Positions 8,568 through 15,283 of a stretch of DNA of 15,943 nt are shown piece by piece. The DNA lies in assembly GCA_963977445.1 (NCBI GenBank), contig CAXBPH010000157.1, forward strand, positions 1-15,943, read 5' to 3'. Made by a program: the position numbers and the translations under genes. A model generated the notes under the pieces. It saw only the letters and a program-made list of their open reading frames with translations. It made no database searches and was not told the origin of the DNA. The DNA comes from an uncultured bacterium (GTDB lineage: Bacteria; Hydrogenedentota; Hydrogenedentia; Hydrogenedentales; JAEUWI01). How positions within the stretch are numbered: the stretch's first letter is position 1; each line of letters begins with the position of its first letter.

Positions 8568-8735
8568 GCTCGTCTGCACCGCGCCAAAGGCGCAAAAATA
8601 AAATGCTTCCATGGAGTATCAAATTTACGTAGCTTTCGCCCGATTAAATGGTCATGCTATTCCCATAGGCACTTATTGCTACTCTGCAGGCGGGCCGCCC
8701 TCCTTCGGCGCGTCCGAGACCTGCGCTCCCAATGG
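8568..8735. repeat. REPIN-like unit B (tandem copy of A; left REP decayed, right REP carries a 22-nt insertion)
   Basis: Shares AAAATAAAATGCTTCCATGG (8419-8438 / 8595-8614) and TAGCTTTCGCCCG (8454-8466 / 8630-8642) with A. REP at 8685-8732 is 48 nt instead of 26. A further REP remnant GCCCGCCTGC lies at 8765-8774. Confidence 0.88.
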
Positions 8736-8839
8736 ATGCGTTCGTTTTGGTGGATTGTAGATATGCCCGCCTGCCTACGTTTCTGAATCAGGAGATTCCC
8801 CTTCTATCAAGAATACTTCAATGTAAATATTCACCGCAC

Positions 8840-9433
8840 TCACATGCGGTGGGTATCGTACGGCTCAACTTCACCGCGATAGTGGGCGCTTCCAAAAGGC
8901 CAGCTTTCGGCCGTGGCGACTATGTTTGCAGTCACCGGATTTTGCTCGACGTAGAAAAGCGTTCGGGCCAGGTGAAGTGGACCGCGCATATAGCGGTCGA
9001 ATACCTCGGTCTGCCAGACGGCTCCCTTTCTTCCGACTATTTGATTCAATTTGTGGGCCGAATATGACTTCCATGAATGGGCGACATCCTCCAGGGCGTA
9101 TCCGTCGATTGTCTCCGCAATCACGTGGACGTGATTCGGCATCACACACCATGCAATCAACCGATAGCGTTGGCCATCGAAGTAGCGGAGGTTATCTTGA
9201 ACCATATTCGCGACGTCCGGTTTTCGCAACCAGCACGCACCGTGTCCCTTGTCGAGGTAGCCCTCAATCCTTCGCATACGCTCCACATCGTCAATTTTAC
9301 GTTGGCGAAGGTCCTCATCGTAAGATTCGAGGACACTCTTGGGCAGGGAGTCTTGGAGACGATAGGTGATGAATTGCACTTTACCCGGTTCGTCACAATG
9401 TGGAAGATAGCCCCGTGAATACCAGCCTCGCAT
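8840..9433 (-). CDS. REP-associated tyrosine transposase (RAYT/TnpA-REP; IS200-like Y1 HUH family)
   Basis: N-terminal WYSRGYLPH and FITYRLQDSLP; HUH motif in YRLIAWCVMPNHVH; HSWKSYSA; VWQTEVFDRYMR; putative catalytic Tyr in YVEQNPV; WPFGSA. Flanked on both sides by REPs. Confidence 0.93.
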   Translation of the reverse strand: MRGWYSRGYLPHCDEPGKVQFITYRLQDSLPKSVLESYDEDLRQRKIDDVERMRRIEGYLDKGHGACWLRKPDVANMVQDNLRYFDGQRYRLIAWCVMPNHVHVIAETIDGYALEDVAHSWKSYSAHKLNQIVGRKGAVWQTEVFDRYMRGPLHLARTLFYVEQNPVTANIVATAESWPFGSAHYRGEVEPYDTHRM

Positions 9434-9474
9434 TGGAATGCCCCTGATTGATTCGTTGCTTCATTTACTTACCT

Positions 9475-9503
9475 ACTGTAGCATCGTTAGTTATGACAGT
9501 AAA
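9475..9503 (-). promoter_or_regulatory. Putative sigma70 promoter of the RAYT gene
   Basis: Minus strand: TTTACT (9503-9498), 17 bp, TACAGT (9480-9475) with a TG extension, in an AT-rich stretch. RBS-like AGGGG precedes ATG 9433. Confidence 0.45.
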
Positions 9504-9599
9504 GGGAGTTTTTCTTGCGGCAACGGAAAAGTTTGGTGCTAACACCTGGGACACGCTGTGGTAGCGTGGCAGCCCCCACCTACAGCAAGAGAAAAGTGA

Positions 9600-9781
9600 C
9601 CATTGGGAGCGCAGGTTGCAGACGCGCCGAAGGAGGGCGGCCCGCCTGCAGAGTAGCCACGGGTGTAGCTAAACTTCGAGAGCTATTTGAATCGGACGAA
9701 AGATACTGTGGATTCGTGACGACAAAGGAGGATTTTTAACGCGCCTTCGGCGCTATGCAGGCGGGCCGCCTGCGCTCCAAA
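9600..9781. repeat. REPIN-like unit C (inverted copy of units A/B; RAYT-proximal REP carries the 22-nt insertion)
   Basis: REP with insertion at 9603-9650; plain REP at 9756-9781. Reverse complement of the spacer matches B: 9690-9706 vs 8629-8645 (15/17) and 9741-9753 vs 8581-8593 (12/13). Confidence 0.88.
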
Positions 9782-10018
9782 TTGTCGAGCCTCTTTTGCG
9801 GGAAGCGAGTGGGCAGCCCTTCCCCTGCAGTTTTGGGGCTGGGCCGCTTCGTGGGGTGTGCTTGTGGATCCGGCGTCGAGACGATGGACATCGCCCCCTT
9901 GCAAGGCCGGTACAGCCTCGCGCCCAAACGCCTCTCCCTTCGAATCCAGCTGTTTGGGACATAGGCTTCACACGCTCCCCTCCTCGCGGTCAAGCAGGGC
10001 ACGAAGGCAGTCCCTATG

Positions 10019-10060
10019 AAAAACGCCGCCCCCGAATTCCGAGGGCGGCGTTGTGTTTTT
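10019..10060 (-). terminator. Intrinsic terminator of valS (probably bidirectional)
   Basis: AACGCCGCCC (10022-10031) / GGGCGGCGTT (10043-10052) stem. A5 at 10019-10023 gives a U-tract on the minus strand; T-rich tail TTGTGTTTTT on the plus strand. Lies ~20 nt after the valS stop. Confidence 0.85.
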
Positions 10061-10074
10061 GGATATGCTATTTA

Positions 10075-12702
10075 TTATTCAGCGGCAGGAACGGGTGCCA
10101 GTACGGTTTCTACCGTGGCCAGACCGATTTCGATGGTGCCTGCGACTACGGTGGCCGTCTCGATTTTCAGCATGCGCTGGATGTCGTCGAGGGTGGCTTC
10201 GACGGCGGCGACGTTGGCTTCGGCCACAGTAATTGTCGCGGACTCAACGGGGGCCGCCATGCTGACGGCGGCGTCGGCTTTGGCCTTGCGGATTAGTTCG
10301 ACGACGGCGACTGCTGCATCGTAGGAGGTGCTGTGGGCAGGCGCAGGCACGGCGGCGAACTCGTCCAACGTGGGCCAAGGGCTCTTGTGGATGCTGGTCG
10401 CCATATCGCTATCGTTGCTGTAGGTCCAGCCCCAGACTTCTTCGGTGATGTAGGGAATGAAGGGGGCCATCATGCGGACGAGGGCGCGGTGCACCAGGCG
10501 CAGGGTGGCGCAGGCGGAAAGGCGTTCTGCGGTCAGCGCTTCGTCGTAGGTGCGCTGTTTGGCCATTTCGAGGTAGTTGTCACAATAGACACTCCAGAAA
10601 TAGCCCTCCGCCAGACTCAAGGCCTGGGCGTAGTCGAATTCCTTGAAGGCGGCTGTCGCTTTTTCGATAACGGGGCGCAACTGGGCAATGACTGCGCGGT
10701 CGAGTTCGGTGCAAATCTTGTCGGGCGTCAGCTGGTCGGCGGGCACGTCTTCAAAACGACCAATAGCGAACTTGCTGGCGTTGAAGAGTTTGGTGACCAG
10801 TTTCTTGCCGACCTTGAAGACTTTCTCGTCGAAGGAGGTGTCCACACCCAAGCGGGCGCGGGCGGCCCAGTAGCGGACGGCATCGGCGCCGAACTGGTCG
10901 ATGAGGGGCTCGGGGGTGACCACGTTGCCCTGGCTCTTCGACATTTTCTTACGGTCGGGGTCGAGAATCCAGCCGCTGAGCACGACGTTGTGCCAGGGGA
11001 CTTCTTTCTCGTGGAGATAGGCCTTCACGATGGTGTAGAAAGCCCAGGTGCGAATGATGTCGTGGCCCTGGGGACGCATGTCCATGGGGAAGAGTTTCTG
11101 GTGTCGTTCTTTGTCTTCCACCCATTGGGAAGCGACCTGGGGCGACAGGGAACTCGTGGCCCAGGTATCGAGTACGTCGGGGTCGCCGGTGAAGCCATTG
11201 GGCTGGTCACGCTGGTCGGCGGTGAAGCCTTGGGGACATTCCGACAAGGGGTCGATGGGCAGGTCCTTGAGGGTGGGAAGAATCGTCTGATCGTAGCGCA
11301 CTTCGCCATGTTCATCGAGGCGATACCACACGGGGATGGGCACGCCGAAATAACGCTGGCGGCTGAGACACCAATCCTGGTTGAGGCCTTCCACCCAGTG
11401 GGCGTAGCGCTTCTCCATGTATTCGGGGTGCCACTTAATCTTTTTGCCCTGGCCGACGAGGGCCTCTTTCTTGTCCATGATTTTGGTGTACCACTGGCGG
11501 GTGGGCACCAACTCCAGGGGACGCTCCCCTTTCTCAAAAAACTTCACCGCGTGGGTGATGTTTTCGGCGGGGCGGTCGATGACGGTGCCGTTTTCTTCGG
11601 CGGCCGCGATGACGAGTTTCTGGGCTTGTTTGGTGTATTTACCCTGAATCGTGCTGTAGACCGCGTTGGCGCTATCGGGATTGAGGCTGGGAATCTTGCC
11701 GTGTTGCTCGGGGGTTCCGGCAGCAACAAATTCGACGGCCATAAGGTGGCCGTCCCGGCCGATAATCTGGCGGAGGGGCAGCTTGTAGGCCGTCCACCAT
11801 TCCACGTCGGTCTGGTCGCCGAAGGTACAGACCATGACGACGCCCGTACCCTTTTCGGGGTCGGCTTTCGCGTCGGCCTTGATAGGAACGGGCACTTCGA
11901 AGAGGGGCGAAATGGCATTCTTGCCCACGAAGTCCGCGTAGCGCTTGTCTTCGGGGTGGACCAATACGGCGACGCAAGCGGGGAGCAATTCGGGACGGGT
12001 CGTGGCGACCACGAGTTTCTCTTCGCTGCCTTCGACGCCAAAGCGGATGAAGTTGTAGGCACTGGGTCGTTCTTTATCTTCGAGCTCGGCCTGGGCGATG
12101 GCGGTCTGGAAGTCCACGTCCCACATGACGGGGCGCTCAGCCTGATAGATCTCGTCTTTTTCGAGAAGTTCCAGGAAGCTGTATTGGGAGGTGCGCCGGG
12201 AGTGTTCGTTGATGGTGGCGTATTCCTGATCCCAGTCATAGCTCATGCCGAGACGGGTCCAAAGCTGTTTGAAGGCCTTTTCGTCGTCCACGATGACTTC
12301 GTCGCATAATTCGACAAAATTCTTACGGCTGATGGGCGTAGCGTTACCTTTTTTGCCCCGTTCCGCTTTGAAATCGGGGTCGTAGGGCAGGTGGGCTTCG
12401 CACTTCACGTTGAGGAGGTTCTGCACGCGCCGTTCGGTGGGCAGGCCGTTGTCATCCCAGCCGATGGGGAAGAAAATGTTCTTGCCCATCATCCGCTGAA
12501 AGCGCACGATGAAATCCTGATGGGAATAGCTGAAGAGGTGGCCCACATGGAGGGAACCACTTACCGTGGGCGGTGGCGTGTCGACGACAAAGCTCTCGTC
12601 GCGGCTCTTGGAAGGATCCCACTTGTAAATACCCGACGCATCCCAGCTTTCGAGCCATTTCTGTTCGGCTTCCTGGGGGTCATACTTCTTCGGCAAATCC
12701 AT
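10075..12702 (-). CDS. valS: Valine--tRNA ligase (type 2, short form)
   Basis: DTPPPTVSGSLHVGH (HIGH-type motif), GWDDNGLPTERRV, editing-domain ATTRPELL and GTGVVMVCTFGD, DWCLSRQRYFG, DVLDTWATS, PQGHDIIRTW, KMSKS. RBS AGGAGA at 12713-12708. Confidence 0.97.
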   Translation of the reverse strand: MDLPKKYDPQEAEQKWLESWDASGIYKWDPSKSRDESFVVDTPPPTVSGSLHVGHLFSYSHQDFIVRFQRMMGKNIFFPIGWDDNGLPTERRVQNLLNVKCEAHLPYDPDFKAERGKKGNATPISRKNFVELCDEVIVDDEKAFKQLWTRLGMSYDWDQEYATINEHSRRTSQYSFLELLEKDEIYQAERPVMWDVDFQTAIAQAELEDKERPSAYNFIRFGVEGSEEKLVVATTRPELLPACVAVLVHPEDKRYADFVGKNAISPLFEVPVPIKADAKADPEKGTGVVMVCTFGDQTDVEWWTAYKLPLRQIIGRDGHLMAVEFVAAGTPEQHGKIPSLNPDSANAVYSTIQGKYTKQAQKLVIAAAEENGTVIDRPAENITHAVKFFEKGERPLELVPTRQWYTKIMDKKEALVGQGKKIKWHPEYMEKRYAHWVEGLNQDWCLSRQRYFGVPIPVWYRLDEHGEVRYDQTILPTLKDLPIDPLSECPQGFTADQRDQPNGFTGDPDVLDTWATSSLSPQVASQWVEDKERHQKLFPMDMRPQGHDIIRTWAFYTIVKAYLHEKEVPWHNVVLSGWILDPDRKKMSKSQGNVVTPEPLIDQFGADAVRYWAARARLGVDTSFDEKVFKVGKKLVTKLFNASKFAIGRFEDVPADQLTPDKICTELDRAVIAQLRPVIEKATAAFKEFDYAQALSLAEGYFWSVYCDNYLEMAKQRTYDEALTAERLSACATLRLVHRALVRMMAPFIPYITEEVWGWTYSNDSDMATSIHKSPWPTLDEFAAVPAPAHSTSYDAAVAVVELIRKAKADAAVSMAAPVESATITVAEANVAAVEATLDDIQRMLKIETATVVAGTIEIGLATVETVLAPVPAAE

Positions 12703-12829
12703 GGGATTCTCCTGTTATCATCAACGTAAGTTATTTAGACAAAGGGGTATGCGCACCTGTGGCACACAGAGCAGCGCCCTCCCCAAATGCTCAAAGTGCC
12801 AGCAAGGGCACACCATTGGGGAAGGCGAG

Positions 12830-12838
12830 AGTATAGCA
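12830..12838 (-). promoter_or_regulatory. Putative extended -10 promoter of valS (TGcTATACT)
   Basis: Minus strand TG-C-TATACT, about 130 nt upstream of the valS ATG. Confidence 0.55.
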
Positions 12839-12866
12839 GAATCGGGGCAGACGATTCGACGGACGG

Positions 12867-13559
12867 CTAGGAAAACATGATTTGCAGGAGTTGGGGAATA
12901 TCCACCAATCCCTGGGCACCTATTTTCAGGAAAAAGATAAAGCAGTACATCATGGGCGTCTGAAGCAAGGGCGCCAGGACGAGGATGGCGATAATAATGC
13001 CAAAGGGTCCGATTTTGCCCAACATCTCCTTACCCGACTGGGGCAGGAAATAGTAGAGCACATGGTGGCCATCCAGGGGCGGCAAGGGAATCAAATTAAA
13101 CAGGGCGAGGACAATGTTGATGATAATCATCCCACCGAGTAGTTTGATGAAAATGTCAGGATTGGGAATACCAACCTCGTTCACCACCAGCAAGAGCAAA
13201 ACGCGCAAGAGTATCGCACTGGTCAGGGCGATCAGCACGTTGGACGCAGGGCCCGCCAGAGCAATCAATACGGGATCCCGTTTGAAGTTCTTCAGATTAT
13301 GTGGGTTAAAGGGGACGGGTTTGGCCCAACCAAAGAGGTACGATCCGGGCATCATCATCATGATGAGGGGCAGGATAACGGTACCCATGGGGTCAATGTG
13401 TTTTCGGGGGTCGATGGTCATGCGGCCGAGGAGACGCGCCGAAGGGTCGCCACAATAATTGGCCATAGCCGCGTGGGCCGCTTCGTGGACGCACAGTGAA
13501 AACAACAGGCAGAAGTACTGCATCAAGATTTGCGCAAAATCGATATTACCGGAGAGCAT
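12867..13559 (-). CDS. Site-2 protease family (peptidase M50) membrane zinc metalloprotease
   Basis: HEAAH zinc motif, GDPSARLLGRMTIDPRKHIDPMGT, FGWAKPVP, IALAGPASN, FNLIPLPPLDG; several hydrophobic segments. Confidence 0.95.
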   Translation of the reverse strand: MLSGNIDFAQILMQYFCLLFSLCVHEAAHAAMANYCGDPSARLLGRMTIDPRKHIDPMGTVILPLIMMMMPGSYLFGWAKPVPFNPHNLKNFKRDPVLIALAGPASNVLIALTSAILLRVLLLLVVNEVGIPNPDIFIKLLGGMIIINIVLALFNLIPLPPLDGHHVLYYFLPQSGKEMLGKIGPFGIIIAILVLAPLLQTPMMYCFIFFLKIGAQGLVDIPQLLQIMFS

Positions 13560-13633
13560 GGGTTAGAAGAGTCCTTACAGGATGTGAATTTGGGGGGCAC
13601 CGGAGCATGGGGTGGTGCCGCGCGACCAGCACA

Positions 13634-13663
13634 AGTATAGTGAATCGGCCCGTGGGCGATCAA
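13634..13663 (-). promoter_or_regulatory. Putative sigma70 promoter for the M50 protease gene
   Basis: Minus strand TTGATC (13663-13658), 18 bp, TATACT (13639-13634). Confidence 0.55.
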
Positions 13664-13677
13664 AGCCATCACCGCCC

Positions 13678-13706
13678 TTGAAGGTTCGCTCCGGGTGTCG
13701 TACACT
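13678..13706 (+). promoter_or_regulatory. Putative sigma70 promoter for the divergent gene
   Basis: TTGAAG (13678-13683), 17 bp, TACACT (13701-13706), then RBS AAGGAG (13716-13721) and ATG 13731. Confidence 0.65.
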
Positions 13707-13730
13707 GCGGCCACGAAGGAGAAACGATCC

Positions 13731-15245
13731 ATGGCTACCCCCCAATTCTCTGCGCGCACCGTCTCGGAACACCTGGAACCGCTACTGGCCGATGCGGTAG
13801 CGCGAAATAGCACCGCCGACCTGAATATCGCCCGCGACTATGCGGCCCTTTTTACCGACCCGGAATTAGAACTTTATCATCCGGAGAAAATATTTCAGAC
13901 CTTTGTGGCCCATTTCCCGCCGAGCAGCTTCTCCATCCATGTCGAACATGTGGAGACCGAGCGCGTAGGCGACCCCGCCCGCATGTCGGCCTGTGTGTCT
14001 GCCTTGTTGAAGGCCATCGAACGGGACCCCAAGACCATTCTCGTGGTGGAGATTTACGAGGAAGAAGAACACAGCGATATGATTCCCCGCATGAGCATTG
14101 CCTTCCAGGGGCCGGGGCGGGTGCCTGAATCTTTTCGCTATGCCGACCGCTTTCCCATGACCCTGGAAGCGCTGAGCGACTGCTGGACCCTGGCCACTTC
14201 GGGGGGCCGCATCGACCGAACCGAAAACGGGGTGGAACTCCGACTCCATGGCATGCGTATGCCCCCGGAACCGCTGGCGATTGCGGAAAACGTCGCGGCC
14301 CATCTTGGGCGGACGCCGGATGTGGAAGGTGCGACTCGTGCGCTGGCCCTGCTGGAAGACCAGACCCCACCCGATATGGCGGACCTGGAGCGACTGTACA
14401 CCGAGTGTTTGTCCGAATGGGAATCGAAGCTCAATCAGGGCGGCGTGGTTCACAGCTACAGTTTCAGCGAGGGCTTCCCCCAACTGCCCTTGAACCGCAC
14501 ACGTATGCAGGGCTTCTTCCACAGTCTTTTCTCGTGGGCCATTGACGGCATGTCGGCGGGCGGCACCCTGGAAGTGCTTCTGGACTACGACGCCGCATCA
14601 CGGGAGGCCACCGGCATACTCAGCCTGAGCACGGCGGAAGGAAAAATCCCCGATTCCTATCATGGGTCCCTCATGAAACGGGCCATCGAATTTCACGGGG
14701 GCACCTGTGAGGTTGATAGCCAGGAATCTGACCTCACGCTCACCTTTACCCTCGGCGACTCGCTGGGGCAGACCCTTGATGCATGGTTACCGGGGTGGGA
14801 ATTCCTGGGCCCCGAATCCCGGAAATATCTCCGACTCCTCAAGAGTGGCGCCCAGGCTCCGCCGGAGGATTTTATCCTGGGTGGCATTCTGGAGCAGGAG
14901 TTGGAGAACTGGCTACTCCCCCGCCTTACGGTGCCCGCGACGGTGCGCATGGCTTCCGATGGCACCTTTAGAAACGACAAACTCAAGGGAAGCATCAAAG
15001 AACGGATGCAAAAGGCCTTGGACCAGGTCGGCCGGGGCAAACCGAAGAAGGAAATCTGCCAACCCCAATATGCGGGCGAACTCTTCGGTGCCTTTGGTGC
15101 TGACGCACGTCACCGGAGCGCCCTGGGCACCCAGGTATTGACCGACGACGAACTCACGGATTTGTGTGAATCACTGCTGGCCAAACCCGTGGACGGTCGT
15201 CATTGTCTTCTACTGGTCGCTGCACTCTTGGGCCGGTCTGGCTAA
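13731..15245 (+). CDS. Hypothetical protein with two degenerate histidine-kinase-like ATPase (HATPase_c) folds and a helical C-terminal domain
   Basis: Start at ATG 13731 from the RBS and promoter. DPARMSACVSALLKAI...FQGPG...SGGRIDRTENGVELRL and DLERLYTECL...FPQLPLNRTRMQGFFHSLFSWAIDGMSAGGTLEV...GKIP...MKRAIEFHGGTCEVDS...TLTFTL follow the HATPase_c pattern without intact catalytic boxes. Confidence 0.75.
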   Translation: MATPQFSARTVSEHLEPLLADAVARNSTADLNIARDYAALFTDPELELYHPEKIFQTFVAHFPPSSFSIHVEHVETERVGDPARMSACVSALLKAIERDPKTILVVEIYEEEEHSDMIPRMSIAFQGPGRVPESFRYADRFPMTLEALSDCWTLATSGGRIDRTENGVELRLHGMRMPPEPLAIAENVAAHLGRTPDVEGATRALALLEDQTPPDMADLERLYTECLSEWESKLNQGGVVHSYSFSEGFPQLPLNRTRMQGFFHSLFSWAIDGMSAGGTLEVLLDYDAASREATGILSLSTAEGKIPDSYHGSLMKRAIEFHGGTCEVDSQESDLTLTFTLGDSLGQTLDAWLPGWEFLGPESRKYLRLLKSGAQAPPEDFILGGILEQELENWLLPRLTVPATVRMASDGTFRNDKLKGSIKERMQKALDQVGRGKPKKEICQPQYAGELFGAFGADARHRSALGTQVLTDDELTDLCESLLAKPVDGRHCLLLVAALLGRSG

Positions 15246-15283
15246 GCTGCCCCCCCCAAGCAACGGACTCCGGCTCCGCCGGT

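Larger units (their letters stand above)
8352..9781 (-). mobile_element. RAYT/REPIN locus (REPtron-like)
   Basis: RAYT gene surrounded by five full-length REPs in three REPIN-like units; visibly more AT-rich than the flanking genes. Confidence 0.8.

Noticed and set aside
8435..8786. Short ORFs (65 aa and 106 aa) in the repeat tract
   Set aside because: They are translations of REPIN sequence with no RBS or protein-like features.
8840..9433. Canonical IS200/IS605 element with tnpB and an omega RNA
   Set aside because: No tnpB/iscB ORF nearby; the RGYLPH N-terminus and multiple flanking REPs indicate a RAYT.
8368..9781. Repeats read as a CRISPR array
   Set aside because: Repeats change orientation, the spacers are >100 nt and homologous to each other, and there are no cas genes; REP/REPIN fits better.
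9782..10015. GC-rich tract with partial stems (GAAGCG/CGCTTC, CAGCCC/GGGCTG) and the 166-aa ORF starting at 9796
   Set aside because: Stems are short and interrupted and could be chance or decayed repeats. The ORF crosses the terminator and runs antisense into valS.
10333..12309. 658-aa antisense ORF opposite valS
   Set aside because: Same shadow-frame artefact; valS explains the region.
12703..12866. T-box riboswitch upstream of valS
   Set aside because: No T-box consensus, no recognisable stem I, no terminator U-tract, and the leader is short.
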